A model generated the notes under the pieces. The model saw only the letters and a list, made by a program, of their open reading frames with translations. It searched no databases and was not told where the DNA came from. Below, one piece after another: positions 28,609 to 39,581 of a DNA stretch of 64,000 nt. The stretch spans positions 32,001-96,000 of the IMG/VR virus record IMGVR_UViG_3300034358_000044, one strand, 5' to 3'. Numbering within the stretch: position 1 is the stretch's first letter; the number at the start of each line of letters is the position of its first letter. Made by a program: the position numbers and the translations under genes. This DNA is from a virus.

Positions 28609-29054
28609 TGGAAGAAGAGCAGGAGTTCGACTCAACGGACGGAGACGCCCTCCCCTCCTCCACCCCCTCTGACCGACGCTATGCCGGTGTTCGAGCTCTC
28701 TGGATGAAGGTCATCATCCGGGCAGTCTTCGATTGGGTGACCTACAGGGACAGCACGAAGATTGACAAGCTCAAGTATGCGGAGAGCGCCCACGACTGGC
28801 TCTTCGAAAAGAATGTCCTCTTCAACAGCTTCGAGAACGTCTGTCGTCACCTGGACATCGATCCTATCGTCATTCGACAGCATGCCAGGAAGATGACCAA
28901 GGACGACGTTGCCAAGATAGAGCACCTGGAGAGGGACTACGAAGTTGTGAAGGGGCCTGTCGGCAAGCTTCTTCCAATGGCTCCTCCAAGTCGAGTTCCT
29001 TGGGCTGCAGGTCGCAAGGTCTACAAGGAGCAGGTTCTCAGTGGGGGCTTCTGA
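28605..29054 (+). CDS. conserved phage hypothetical protein
   Basis: ALW..VI.RAV.DW...A.DWLF...F..VC..L.IDP pattern. Confidence 0.7.
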   Translation: MMEEEQEFDSTDGDALPSSTPSDRRYAGVRALWMKVIIRAVFDWVTYRDSTKIDKLKYAESAHDWLFEKNVLFNSFENVCRHLDIDPIVIRQHARKMTKDDVAKIEHLERDYEVVKGPVGKLLPMAPPSRVPWAAGRKVYKEQVLSGGF

Positions 29055-31231
29055 TGGCTGCGACCCTACAGGACCGCGTTACAAATCTCCTGAGCAAGGA
29101 CATCGTCCAACCCAAGATCCGAGGAGTGCCCAGGCCCGACATCGAGACTGCCTCCGTTGTCGAAAGCCTGGCCCTGACGATGATGCTGCATCCACGTTCC
29201 GCCCTCTACGCGCACTACCTGGCCAAGAACGGGCTGGTCATTGCCATCGATGCAGAGGTCGCCGCCATCGATGTCCTGAAGAAGTCGATTCAGGATCTCA
29301 GCAACGTGACCTACGCCATCAAGGACACCAAGGCGCTGGGTCGAGCTCGATCGGCTCTCTTGCAGCTTGCTACCCAGGGAAGGGTGTCCGCCGAGAGTAG
29401 CGCCTTCACCCGGTACAGTGATGCTGTCGATGACTTCCTGACTCTCCAGCTCGCCAAGAACGTCAGGCGTCCTGGAGCTACGGAGCTTTCGAGGCCCGGT
29501 CAGGAAGCCGCCATTGCCCTACCTTCGGACCTGGAAGCGGTGAAGACGGCGCACATGGATCTCCTGGACAGGCTCTACGCCCTGGCTGTGGGGGCGCAGA
29601 ACTTCCTCTCCATCCCCTTCAACGCCATGGTCGGGGCCAATGCCGTCTACAGGACGAAGAAAGACCTCGACGTCCTCTTGGCGGAACTTGCCGAAGACGA
29701 CTCCGGAACGCAGTCCAGAGACGCAGTGACGAGGCTCCTGGCTGGAAGAGCCACCATCCGCACGCTCAGCACTTCAGTGGTCATGGAGGGGGCCGTCGTC
29801 GACACCCTTCGTCAGCTCCCGGGTGGGAGGCGCCTGAGTGGGGTCACGCCTTCTGTACCCCCATCGGTCACGTCTACCCCAGGGCCGTTCCTCAACATGG
29901 CCATGGGGATGTTCTGCACCGTCAATGGGGAGGGAGGTGGTGGAACCCTCATGAGCCAGGCCAGCAACGCCCCAGCGGTCCTCAGTGAGGAGATTGCCTA
30001 CCCGGTGGCGGTATCGACAGGGGCTACCCTCCTGCTGCACCTGGAGGCCATCCCAGGGCTCACCTGGACCCAGGTTGGTGACTACTACTCGGAGCCAACC
30101 CTGGGAGGGGGTTGGTCGGTGTTCGGAACGACCTACGGCAAGGTGATTTCGGTCAACCTGAATACGGACCCAACGATGCCTTTGAAGAGCCTCCCCATGA
30201 TCCTGGCCAGCATCACGTCAGGGCTGGGTCTGTACGGCTCAGCAGTGGAGTTCGTCTCGGACACCAATCGCATCCTGGTCATCGCCTCTGAGCCGAAGAT
30301 TCAGACTCTCTCAGTGGTGCCCCCCTCAGGCCCACTTCTGGGATTCGTCTCCGACGTCGTGGGGGTTCACGGTACTCCGGCGAAGCGGGTCGTCTACGCC
30401 ATGAACGAGCTCTTCAACGGGCTCATCATCGTGACGCTCAACTCGGACCAGTCAATCACCCTGACCTCCACGGATTCGACTCCTGGTGCGAAGATGCACC
30501 TCTGGGGAACTGCGGTGACGGAGATGGGCTTCTCGACTGAGTTCGACTACTCGTTCGTGGCCTACTCGGATTCTGTCATGCTGGTGGAAGACGGGGTGTC
30601 GGTCTCGCCCATTGGGCTTGTTGACGTGGGGGATGTCCTGTCGAGCCCAACCGGCTCGTCCACCATCAAGTCTCTGAGCTCGACGGTCATCACGCTGGAT
30701 ACCCCCATCCCGACCTTCTTGGGCCCCGTCACCGTCACCAGTGGGCTCTACCTCGTGTGGGAGGAGCTGACTCGACAGCTCGATTCCTTCCTCGGGTCAT
30801 GGGTCATCGGTCCCTATGCGTCCGACCTCACGGCACTCGACCAGGTCATCGCAGTCCTTGTTGGGTCGCCAACCTCCCCTAGGAGAAGTGAGGCAGTTGT
30901 TCTCTTGGACGACTTGAGGACCAAGCTTCTCTCTTTGAGGGCAGGGCTTACCTCGACTACGGCTACACTTCCTGCTGGAGGAGGGTCGCAGGAGAAGGTT
31001 GTCGTGCAGGGCATCCTCGACATCTTCACCGAGAGAAAGTTCACCAGGGCAATAGACCTCTTCCTGAGGTGCAAGCTGCAGGAGGTCTTCCAGATTGACT
31101 GGCAGACCGCCTCCTACAGCGGTGACCTGATGAAGGCGGCAGAGGCAATCGCGCAGAACGACATCAAGTTCCCTGACAGCTCAAAGGATGAGGGCTTCGA
31201 GGTTCTTGGGGTCAGAGAGGTCTCTCGATGA
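29054..31231 (+). CDS. putative tail/baseplate structural protein
   Basis: 725 aa, TGATG coupling, operon position. Confidence 0.6.
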   Translation: MAATLQDRVTNLLSKDIVQPKIRGVPRPDIETASVVESLALTMMLHPRSALYAHYLAKNGLVIAIDAEVAAIDVLKKSIQDLSNVTYAIKDTKALGRARSALLQLATQGRVSAESSAFTRYSDAVDDFLTLQLAKNVRRPGATELSRPGQEAAIALPSDLEAVKTAHMDLLDRLYALAVGAQNFLSIPFNAMVGANAVYRTKKDLDVLLAELAEDDSGTQSRDAVTRLLAGRATIRTLSTSVVMEGAVVDTLRQLPGGRRLSGVTPSVPPSVTSTPGPFLNMAMGMFCTVNGEGGGGTLMSQASNAPAVLSEEIAYPVAVSTGATLLLHLEAIPGLTWTQVGDYYSEPTLGGGWSVFGTTYGKVISVNLNTDPTMPLKSLPMILASITSGLGLYGSAVEFVSDTNRILVIASEPKIQTLSVVPPSGPLLGFVSDVVGVHGTPAKRVVYAMNELFNGLIIVTLNSDQSITLTSTDSTPGAKMHLWGTAVTEMGFSTEFDYSFVAYSDSVMLVEDGVSVSPIGLVDVGDVLSSPTGSSTIKSLSSTVITLDTPIPTFLGPVTVTSGLYLVWEELTRQLDSFLGSWVIGPYASDLTALDQVIAVLVGSPTSPRRSEAVVLLDDLRTKLLSLRAGLTSTTATLPAGGGSQEKVVVQGILDIFTERKFTRAIDLFLRCKLQEVFQIDWQTASYSGDLMKAAEAIAQNDIKFPDSSKDEGFEVLGVREVSR

Positions 31232-31590
31232 CCGTCAAGTTCCAGCCGGAGAACTTCCGTCAGATTCTGCACTCTGGGTACTCGGCTCTTCGTGGGCTGG
31301 AGGTCTCCAAGGCCCTCTCTGGTGTGACTCTGAACCACGTCATCAAGGGGCACATCGACTCCCTGAAGAGGGACTCACTCAGAGCTTCCTTTCTGGTGGA
31401 TGATCGTGGGGAGTCCTTGGGAGACCGCATCTCCCAGTGGGATCGTATCGACGAGATCGAGAAGATGTTCAAGGATGCCGTGAAGGCTCTGGAAGCTGCA
31501 GGGGATAGCACCGAGTCTCTCAATGCCCTGGGCATCACCTCTACCAAGGGAGACTACCTCTCCTCGTCTGGCACGAGTTCCAAGCTATGA
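31228..31590 (+). CDS. hypothetical protein
   Basis: ATGA coupling on both sides. Confidence 0.7.
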   Translation: MTVKFQPENFRQILHSGYSALRGLEVSKALSGVTLNHVIKGHIDSLKRDSLRASFLVDDRGESLGDRISQWDRIDEIEKMFKDAVKALEAAGDSTESLNALGITSTKGDYLSSSGTSSKL

Positions 31591-32234
31591 AAGACTTCAG
31601 CATCATCTCGGCCAGGGTTCTCCTGCCAGTTCACTCGATTGCTCCCATTCGTGGGTTCAGGCCCCCCTCCATTGTGGTTCTTGGGTCCAAGCTCGATCTC
31701 ACGCAGGAGGTCTTCTACAACGAGATCAAGGTCTCGGAGTTCGCAGTAACGTCCTCCACCAGACTCATCGTTCGAATCCCTGAGTCGCAGATTGGAAGGG
31801 ACTTCACTGGTATTCAGATCTTCTCTTCCGTCAACCTGACACGCTCGACGGCCGCCCTCTCCTTTGAGCTCCCGCAACCGATGAAGCAGGTGGAGGGGTT
31901 GGAGAGGCTGATTCAGGCCTGGATGATTGTGTTCTTCACCACCCCTGGCTCTGACGTTTTTGATCCTAGTAGTGGCGGCGGAGTTCGAAGCATCATTGGG
32001 CGGAACACCGATGCATATGGTAGTGGTGTTTCAGCCGACCTGGCCATTGCCATTGATAGGACCAAGTCGGAGCTACTTCGACTGCAGTCGCAGAACTCCA
32101 GTATGCCTCTCAGTGAGAAGTTGTTGTCGGCGGAACTCACCTCGATGTCGTTTGACGCGACCACTACGACACTGAACGCGACGGTGAGCCTCAAGAACAT
32201 GCTCGGTGAACAGGCCCAAGTCTCTGTAAGGTGA
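31587..32234 (+). CDS. baseplate wedge subunit (gp25-like) with N-terminal IPT/TIG-like domain
   Basis: ERLIQAW...FTTPGS..FDPS.GGG motif typical of gp25-like wedge; precedes baseplate J. Confidence 0.65.
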   Translation: MKDFSIISARVLLPVHSIAPIRGFRPPSIVVLGSKLDLTQEVFYNEIKVSEFAVTSSTRLIVRIPESQIGRDFTGIQIFSSVNLTRSTAALSFELPQPMKQVEGLERLIQAWMIVFFTTPGSDVFDPSSGGGVRSIIGRNTDAYGSGVSADLAIAIDRTKSELLRLQSQNSSMPLSEKLLSAELTSMSFDATTTTLNATVSLKNMLGEQAQVSVR

Positions 32235-32237
32235 CGC

Positions 32238-35200
32238 ATGGCATCGACTGACCTCAAGACTTTCCTGGAGAACCGCCTCACGGTTCTGGATCCGTCCATC
32301 GACCTGTCTGCAGGCTCGCCTGCCCAGGTGCAGTTCATCTCCCCAGTCATCTCCTACCTGGGGACGGACCCGATTGAGACGGACATCAAGACATTCATCC
32401 TGGACAGGTTCCAGCAGGAGTTCCCGGAGGTCTTCTCCGGTGACCCTGGTGTGGTCAGCGATACCTTCATCAAGCCCACCATCCTGATGTTGGAGCCCTT
32501 CAAGCGGGAGATTCAGTCCATCAAGAGGAACCAGTCCCTCAAGGACCCAACCCTCCTCTCCGATGATGACGCAGATGCCCTCGTTGCCAACTTCTTTGAC
32601 GAACGGAGAGCAGGCGGGCTGTCGAGTGGTATAGCTCGTGTCTACTTCGCCAATCCGAGCAACGTCCAGGTGGAGCCGACGAGTCGGGTCTTCACGGCCA
32701 GTGGGTTGAACTTCTTCCCAGTCTCTCCCAGTGCCATTTCGGCAGAGGAGATGGTCTTCAACAAGACCGGTGGTCTCTACTTCATGGACTTCATGGTCCA
32801 GGCAGAGGCAACTGGGACGGAGTACAACATCTCCAAGAACTCCCTCACAGGAGTCCAGGGGATTTCAGGGGCCATCAAGGTCGACAATCCCAGGGACTTC
32901 ACTGATGGGACTGCGTCTCTGAGCACCGAGACCTTCGTCGATCAGGCCAGGGGGTCGCTGACCGAACGTTCCCTGGTCACTCGTCGAGGCGCAACGGCCA
33001 TCCTCCGGGAGAACTTCCAGGGTATGGTTCGTGCCGTTCAGGTCATCGGTGCAGGGGATCCTGAGATGCAGCGGGACATCCTCTCTGCCACCTCCCCAGG
33101 CCACGCCTTCCTCACCGGCAAGGTCGGCATCTACAAGCAGATGGCCTACGTCCGCTGCCGGACGATGGACGTTGGGGATGCCTCCGAGCCCGTGGTTGCT
33201 CCTGGCGACCAGGTCTACCTCTACCTGAATCAGGGGCTCTACCCTCTCATTCCTCAGCAGAATCGCTTCGTGCGGCTCACCATTGCTGAGGTCATCCTGG
33301 GACCGCTCCAGCACGCCACCAGTCCTGAGTTCCAGGTCTCCTACCTGTTGAGGTACGTCGAGAGTCCCCCAGCCGCCTTGGTTGGCGGGGCGTACTTCGA
33401 GGGAGGCATCATCAAGAAGGGGACCGTGACCGTGTCCTCTCTTCCTGGGGCGCTCCTGTCTGACCCGGTGACGGTCAGATCTCAGAAGGTCCATCTGCTG
33501 GGGCACTCCGACGTCTACGTCCGACCAGTGTCTCAGACGGTCTCGACGGTGGTCGTCAACTCCCTCTCGGCAGACCCTGGAGACTCCAGCCTGCAGAGGT
33601 TCTCCCTCTCCACCTTTGCCTCAAATAGGGTGACTGACTCCATCAACTTCGATTCGGCAAAGGTGCGGCAAGGGGACTACCTCATCATCGAGTCAGGGGT
33701 CGATGTCGGGTCCTACACCATCAAGGCGGTCAACGGGTCTTCCCTCTACCTTGGGTCCAACCTCACTGCCACAGCTACTAACGTCAAGTACCGCATCATC
33801 AGCAACCTGACGTTCAACCCTTTCGCTCCCAGGGTGCTGAAGATTCCATTCGGTACGGTGCCCCACAACGACCTCCAAACGGTCATCGGGTCCAAGACGT
33901 TCACGCTCACGGCTCCTTCATCGGATCTCCTGAACTATGGAGTGAAGGTGGGAGACGTTCTCAAGCTTTCTTCTGCCATCGATCCGGACGAGTTCACCAT
34001 CACCGGGTTCATCGACGGACAGCATGTCTTGGTGGATCGAGCTGCAGCAGGATCCGAGTCCGGCATCAGCTACGAGATCTACACGCCCTTGGAAGCAGTA
34101 CAGCGGCCACTGGTCCGTATCAAGGAGCTGCAGGTCCTAGACTCTGCTAAGCAGGTCACCGGAGTCTCCATCCCTCCTTCTGAGCCTGTGGGGGTTGTTC
34201 CTGCCGGCAACTTCACCTCTGCCCAGGTCGTTGGCTTTGGACAGAAGGCCAGCGCCTTCATCCTTCCCGACCTGACTCCCTTCGTGGTTGCGCTACCCTC
34301 TGTGAGTCGCTCTTCCAGCCCTCCAGGACGGTACTCTGCTGCCTTTTTGAAGAGCATCGGTTTCTATGGTGCAGTGGTCTTCGAGGATGTGGGAGTCGAC
34401 GGTAGACCCTCGGACGAGTTCGACTACATCCCGTCCATGTTCGGGCAGTGCAGCTACGTCGTACTCACGGCCGAGGACACGACCGACGTCGAGAACTTCC
34501 CACCTGTGGATCCGAAACCAGGAGACGCCCTCACCCTGAAGAGTGGCCCCAACGCTGGGAACTACCTCATCAAGGACGTCATCAAGTTCCGCTACTGGGT
34601 AACTGGTGCTCAGGTCTGGGCGTACATCGTTCAAGTCTACGGTTCCTTCCGAGTCGATGTCCTCGGACAGCTCACTGCCTTCCTGAATGACACAGAAGGG
34701 CTGTTCCCTGGTACTGGGTGCGCCGTGCCCAAGTTGGACATCATGACAGCCGATGTGACTGTACCGTCCTACCTGCAGACCACGTTGTACTCGACGATGG
34801 GGACGAAGCTGCGCCTGGCACTCGCTGCCTACGGGGTGTCCCCGCTGTCCCTGCCCTCGGCTGCAGAACTTCAGACTGCCATCGACTCAATGTTCCTGCT
34901 CCGGTACGAGTACGGAACTCCGGCGCGTGGAGTCCTCCGTACGTTCTTCTCGCACCCAACACTCTTTCAGCAGAACACCTCTGCGAACCTGAACCCGACA
35001 ACCTACTCCTTCAAGACTCCTGCAGGAGATCTTCTCAAGTTCAGAACGGATCCGTCTCGGTACTCCAAGCACGAGATGGTTCCTCCGAGGTTGGAGAGCG
35101 ACTCCGACCCGCTCCTCTACCCGCGAGATGGGGAGCAGTTCTACCTCATTCACTACTCTGCAAACACCGTCCCCTTCACGGTGGGAGCAACCCTCATTGG

Positions 35201-36899
35201 ACCTACTACTACAGCCACCATAGTGGCAGACAGCCGAGAGGGCACTACGGGAGTACTGACCGTGAGGAGCCTTACTGGCTCGACCTCCATGGGGGTTTCC
35301 ATCACGGATGATTCAGGGACCGGAGCTTCTGCCATCTTGGTGGGGCTTGAGAGGGGCGTCACGTTCTCCAGCTCTTCTCGTGAGTCGATGTTCAACCTGG
35401 GTATCCGCCCTGGGGACGTGTTCGGAGTCCACGAAGAGTTCAAGCTGCATGGGAGCTATGGGACAGCGGGCACTGGGCACAAGAACTACATGTCCTCGGT
35501 GCAGACGGTCTTCAACTCGACCCAGGTCACCTTTCCGAATAGCCCCAGTCCCTTCGTCCCGGACATGGTTGGTGGGATGCTCTTCATCGAGGAGGGAAAG
35601 GACAAGGGTGGCTACCGTATCGTCAAGGTCATCGATGGGAAGAATCTGGTCCTAGATGCTCCCATGACGGAGTCGACTCCTACGGCCATCCTGAGCGGCT
35701 CCATTGTGTCGTACGGGTACACTTTGTCGCAGAATCGAGTCACGAGTCTGACTCCGGTTTTCACTCCTGCGCATGTGAACAAGTACCTGACTATGTACGG
35801 AGTCGATTTGGAGTTCCAGGGTTCGTACAGAATCAAGAGTGTGCCAGCCCCCAACATTGTCGAGCTCGATCGCTCTGCGTTTTCCGACTTCCCCAGCACC
35901 GCAGTACCCAATGGGTTGTGGGTCATCACCGATGCTCCAAGTGCTGAGCCAAAGAAGCTTGGTAGTCCCGCCACGGGGACGGAGCTCGTAGCGACGCGCC
36001 CCATTCGCATCTACAGGAACTTCGAGACTGAGATGCACATCACGCTGGTGGATCCAAGCCCAGATGTCTCTACCATCGGACTGGGGGTCGGAGCTTTGGG
36101 CTACGGGGTGAAGGAACCCTTCCGCATCTTCCGACCGGATGTTCGAAGGGTGAACCCCTACGAGATGTCCCTGAGTCAGATGAACGGTCTCTACTACTTC
36201 GATTCTGAAGTGGTGTCGTTGGGGCCCAACCCGTCGAACAACCTCAGCACCAACAGCTATCTCACGGTGGATGAAGGGACCTACGAGTCGGACGGCTACC
36301 ACCACCTGGTCGATGACTACACGTTGACCTACTCGACCCAGGAGACTGGAAAGCTCTTCATCCCGAGCTCCATTCTTCCACTGAGCAGCCCGGATAGTCT
36401 GGACAATCGGCTTTCCTTGGTGGGCGTCCCCCTGCAGATCTCCTACGAACGGGGAGACGTGGTTCAGCAGGTCCAGGACTTCCTGTCTTCCCCAGAGGAC
36501 AGAACGACGACGGCCAACATGCTGGCCCGACACTTCCTCCCGTCCTACGTCTACTACTCCGCCGACTACATCGGAGGGTCAGACGCTGGAGTCATCGCCA
36601 AGGACATCATCAGCCACATCGACAACCTGGCTGTCGAGACTGCCATAGACGTCTCCGTCGTGCAGAAGCTCATCGAGAACAGGGGAGGCAACGTCGAGAC
36701 TCCCACGGCCATTGCCATCCTCCTGCACGACTGGGACAGAAGGCAGTGGGTCGAGTTCAGTGAGAACCGGATTGGAGGGACAGTAACTTTGGTCCCCTAC
36801 AACGGAACTCCCAGGGTGTCGTACTTCGTTCCAGGACCGGATGTCTCGGGGCAGTCGCCCATTCCTGATGGGGAGCGTACGTACCTCAATCGCCTATAG
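32238..36899 (+). CDS. large baseplate J-like (gp6-type) wedge protein
   Basis: ADALVANFF..R.AG, VQAEATGTEYN, VDNP..FTDG, V.VIGAGDPEMQRD. Confidence 0.75.
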   Translation: MASTDLKTFLENRLTVLDPSIDLSAGSPAQVQFISPVISYLGTDPIETDIKTFILDRFQQEFPEVFSGDPGVVSDTFIKPTILMLEPFKREIQSIKRNQSLKDPTLLSDDDADALVANFFDERRAGGLSSGIARVYFANPSNVQVEPTSRVFTASGLNFFPVSPSAISAEEMVFNKTGGLYFMDFMVQAEATGTEYNISKNSLTGVQGISGAIKVDNPRDFTDGTASLSTETFVDQARGSLTERSLVTRRGATAILRENFQGMVRAVQVIGAGDPEMQRDILSATSPGHAFLTGKVGIYKQMAYVRCRTMDVGDASEPVVAPGDQVYLYLNQGLYPLIPQQNRFVRLTIAEVILGPLQHATSPEFQVSYLLRYVESPPAALVGGAYFEGGIIKKGTVTVSSLPGALLSDPVTVRSQKVHLLGHSDVYVRPVSQTVSTVVVNSLSADPGDSSLQRFSLSTFASNRVTDSINFDSAKVRQGDYLIIESGVDVGSYTIKAVNGSSLYLGSNLTATATNVKYRIISNLTFNPFAPRVLKIPFGTVPHNDLQTVIGSKTFTLTAPSSDLLNYGVKVGDVLKLSSAIDPDEFTITGFIDGQHVLVDRAAAGSESGISYEIYTPLEAVQRPLVRIKELQVLDSAKQVTGVSIPPSEPVGVVPAGNFTSAQVVGFGQKASAFILPDLTPFVVALPSVSRSSSPPGRYSAAFLKSIGFYGAVVFEDVGVDGRPSDEFDYIPSMFGQCSYVVLTAEDTTDVENFPPVDPKPGDALTLKSGPNAGNYLIKDVIKFRYWVTGAQVWAYIVQVYGSFRVDVLGQLTAFLNDTEGLFPGTGCAVPKLDIMTADVTVPSYLQTTLYSTMGTKLRLALAAYGVSPLSLPSAAELQTAIDSMFLLRYEYGTPARGVLRTFFSHPTLFQQNTSANLNPTTYSFKTPAGDLLKFRTDPSRYSKHEMVPPRLESDSDPLLYPRDGEQFYLIHYSANTVPFTVGATLIGPTTTATIVADSREGTTGVLTVRSLTGSTSMGVSITDDSGTGASAILVGLERGVTFSSSSRESMFNLGIRPGDVFGVHEEFKLHGSYGTAGTGHKNYMSSVQTVFNSTQVTFPNSPSPFVPDMVGGMLFIEEGKDKGGYRIVKVIDGKNLVLDAPMTESTPTAILSGSIVSYGYTLSQNRVTSLTPVFTPAHVNKYLTMYGVDLEFQGSYRIKSVPAPNIVELDRSAFSDFPSTAVPNGLWVITDAPSAEPKKLGSPATGTELVATRPIRIYRNFETEMHITLVDPSPDVSTIGLGVGALGYGVKEPFRIFRPDVRRVNPYEMSLSQMNGLYYFDSEVVSLGPNPSNNLSTNSYLTVDEGTYESDGYHHLVDDYTLTYSTQETGKLFIPSSILPLSSPDSLDNRLSLVGVPLQISYERGDVVQQVQDFLSSPEDRTTTANMLARHFLPSYVYYSADYIGGSDAGVIAKDIISHIDNLAVETAIDVSVVQKLIENRGGNVETPTAIAILLHDWDRRQWVEFSENRIGGTVTLVPYNGTPRVSYFVPGPDVSGQSPIPDGERTYLNRL

Positions 36900-37170
36900 G
36901 CAGCTTCGGCATCGAGACGATTATTCTGGAGTTGGGGTCGAACTCTGTCTCACATTGAGAACAACGAAGAAGCATATTCGGTAGTGGTGATCCGCGACTG
37001 AATGGATTCTTCGGATTCACAAACTGAGAATTGGCGTAGGAGCCGCAAGAAGGGCAGGCACTGTTCCTGAAAAACGCCTGCTCTTTTTTGACAAGGGGAG
37101 TAAGGATGTCTTCCTGGCCCTCCAGGAGCTTCCAAATTTCATCTTGGGTCAATGGCTTTCGTTGAGTCAT
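36886..37170 (-). CDS. zinc-ribbon hypothetical protein, antisense within the structural operon
   Basis: CPSC..CSQC; locally lower GC. Confidence 0.6.
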   Translation of the reverse strand: MTQRKPLTQDEIWKLLEGQEDILTPLVKKEQAFFRNSACPSCGSYANSQFVNPKNPFSRGSPLPNMLLRCSQCETEFDPNSRIIVSMPKLPIGD

Positions 37171-37202
37171 ACTCACGCTGTCTCTCAGGGGAGGTACACG
37201 AG

Positions 37203-39581
37203 ATGGGCCTACGGCTTGTGAACATGTTTCCGAGAACGCCCTCGGACTACGTCAAGCCTGGGCAACCCCTCCTGCTCGGATTGCGGTCGGATGGCATAGC
37301 GGCGTCACCTGCAGGAAGTGTAGTGCTCGGCACCTTTCAGGCTGCCATGGGGTATACCTCCGTTCAAAACGGCGGGCTACTCCCAGAGAGCAGTATCGTG
37401 CTTCCCAAGATAGGGGCTTCAGTCTCTCTTGATTCGGCAGAGCGTGTGAGGCCTGCTGGTCCTGAGATTCTCAGGATTCCATTCGGAACCGGAATCAAGC
37501 TGACTACCACTGGGACCGTCAATCCGACAGGCGTCTACGCCGTTCAGGTGCCGATCGATCCAGCAGCCTCTGTCATGGGCTACTTCAAGTTCAAGACGAA
37601 CTCGACGTGGACCCTAGGTACGCATGACTGGTGCGACCTCTTCAACATGACGGGTATCTACCTGGGTGTGGAGTACGGTCCTGCCAACACCATGTGCTGG
37701 GCCTCTCTTCGTGGAAGCCCTGCTGGGGTAGGGTCTCTTGTCGTTGGTGGCCCACTGCAGACCTTCGGGTCCCCAAGGCCTGGGCAGCGTCAGATTCCTT
37801 TTACGTGGGGCTCACTTCCCAACGGCTCTGTGGTGGAGGTGTGGATCGTCTTCAACCTTGCTGGGTACGCAGCACCATTCACCCCGGCCAATGTTCCAGT
37901 GGTGGAGGTGTGGACCAAGGCACCTATGGACTCTGTCCCAGTGCTACGTACTTCTGCCTCTCCTCTCCTTCTCAGTGCGCTCGGTACCTTTCCATCTTCT
38001 TCGTCTCATTTCGACAACTCCCGACCAGGAGCTTCTGACCAAGCCACGCTGTACTTTGGAAACGCGAGTCCTGGGAGCGACTCGTTCGAGCTCCTCGACT
38101 GGGCTCTCTTTCCCGACTACCGGGTAGCCGTAAGGAACGGGGAGGCCTTCGGTCCGACCAAGCTCACCATTCGTTCCGACAGCCCCTACCTCTACAAGTG
38201 CGCAGATGGGAGGCCGACGAAGCTTGCTCCAGGGCGGTGGTTCTTTCTCCCTGGAGATGGCTTCCATCCACCGATTGACTACCTCTACTACGCTCCTACG
38301 AAAGCCACCCCATCGTACCTCGTCGTGGAGAAGAGCTTTGGAAGTGGCGCTGGATACTACCGGGAAGAGCCGCGCCTTTTCCGAATGGAAGACGGTGCAG
38401 TCATAGAGGCCTTTCTGTCGGTCGAGTCCATCGCCAAGGTGGCTGATTCGGTAGGAGCAGGCATCTCCATTGATGACGGCCACCGTCTCTTCCAGCTCGC
38501 ATTCCTAGAGACGGACTCTCGACGTACACTGGGCCTCTTCAATGGGGTACCTGGTGGGAGTCTGGTCGATGGATACTTCACTCCATCAGCAGGAGACGAC
38601 CAGTTCTTGGACTGGAGAAGTCTCAAGCTTGTGCGTCTCGTCGTGGACAGGCTGCGTGGGAGAGTCTCCTTGTTCGTGGACGGGGTGCGGTACCTCGATC
38701 GCCCACTGACGGACTTCCCTGGGTCCACCTCCAACGCTGGCAGGATGTCCTTTGGGCATCTGGAGTCCTCCGCATCACAGGCGAAGCTCAACGTCTCCTT
38801 CCTGAGCTACCTCACCAGGTACGTCGCCTGGGAGCTCGATGAGCACCTTCTTCCAGAGGCTGCTCCTGCAGCCATGACCTGGCGCGTTTTCGGTGCTGCT
38901 ACGAAGGCGCTGAGCCCGGACTTCTCCAGTCTCCTCATCACCAAGCCGGATGTCGGCACCATCGGTTCGAGAGGGTTCTACTCGAAGCTGGTGCCCACCT
39001 TTGATGAGCGTCACGGTCTCCAGCTCGACTTCAAGATGAAGGTGGTGGGGTACGCCGACTCGCACGGGACTGCCTTCGCCAAGATGACCTGGGTTGGGAC
39101 AGGAGTTCAAATCTACCTCGGGAACAAGGTTCTTCACCTTGGGTGCTTCGACTGCGGCTCCAGTGGGCGAGTCGTTGGAATCGTGCCTGGGTCTGGGTCG
39201 ACCGAGGACATCATCAACCAGACTCCTCTGGGTCGTGCGTTTTCATCGCAGGTGGACTGGACCGAAGCTACCCTTTTTCGAGTGAGCTACCGGCCCTACG
39301 ACAGAGTCGAAGTATGGGTCGACAACATTCCCTCTGGTCCCGTCATCTCGATTCCCTGGTTGAATGACACAGACGGATTCGATCTACCGCAGGACACGAC
39401 ACCGCCTTCTGTAGCCTTTGGGCACTTCGATGGGGCGACCTCCAGCGTCTCTGCGTGGGAGTTCTTCCGCTACGGAGTAGGGAATGGCTATGAGGTCGCC
39501 ATTGAGCCGCTGTTCCCAGATGGTCTGAAGGAGTACTTCTTCGGTGGGCGCACTCTCCTTCATACGGAGTTCGACGAGTGA
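37203..39581 (+). CDS. virion structural protein with concanavalin/LamG-like beta-sandwich repeats
   Basis: repeated lectin-like strand patterns; GGGAGG SD before ATG 37203. Confidence 0.6.
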   Translation: MGLRLVNMFPRTPSDYVKPGQPLLLGLRSDGIAASPAGSVVLGTFQAAMGYTSVQNGGLLPESSIVLPKIGASVSLDSAERVRPAGPEILRIPFGTGIKLTTTGTVNPTGVYAVQVPIDPAASVMGYFKFKTNSTWTLGTHDWCDLFNMTGIYLGVEYGPANTMCWASLRGSPAGVGSLVVGGPLQTFGSPRPGQRQIPFTWGSLPNGSVVEVWIVFNLAGYAAPFTPANVPVVEVWTKAPMDSVPVLRTSASPLLLSALGTFPSSSSHFDNSRPGASDQATLYFGNASPGSDSFELLDWALFPDYRVAVRNGEAFGPTKLTIRSDSPYLYKCADGRPTKLAPGRWFFLPGDGFHPPIDYLYYAPTKATPSYLVVEKSFGSGAGYYREEPRLFRMEDGAVIEAFLSVESIAKVADSVGAGISIDDGHRLFQLAFLETDSRRTLGLFNGVPGGSLVDGYFTPSAGDDQFLDWRSLKLVRLVVDRLRGRVSLFVDGVRYLDRPLTDFPGSTSNAGRMSFGHLESSASQAKLNVSFLSYLTRYVAWELDEHLLPEAAPAAMTWRVFGAATKALSPDFSSLLITKPDVGTIGSRGFYSKLVPTFDERHGLQLDFKMKVVGYADSHGTAFAKMTWVGTGVQIYLGNKVLHLGCFDCGSSGRVVGIVPGSGSTEDIINQTPLGRAFSSQVDWTEATLFRVSYRPYDRVEVWVDNIPSGPVISIPWLNDTDGFDLPQDTTPPSVAFGHFDGATSSVSAWEFFRYGVGNGYEVAIEPLFPDGLKEYFFGGRTLLHTEFDE

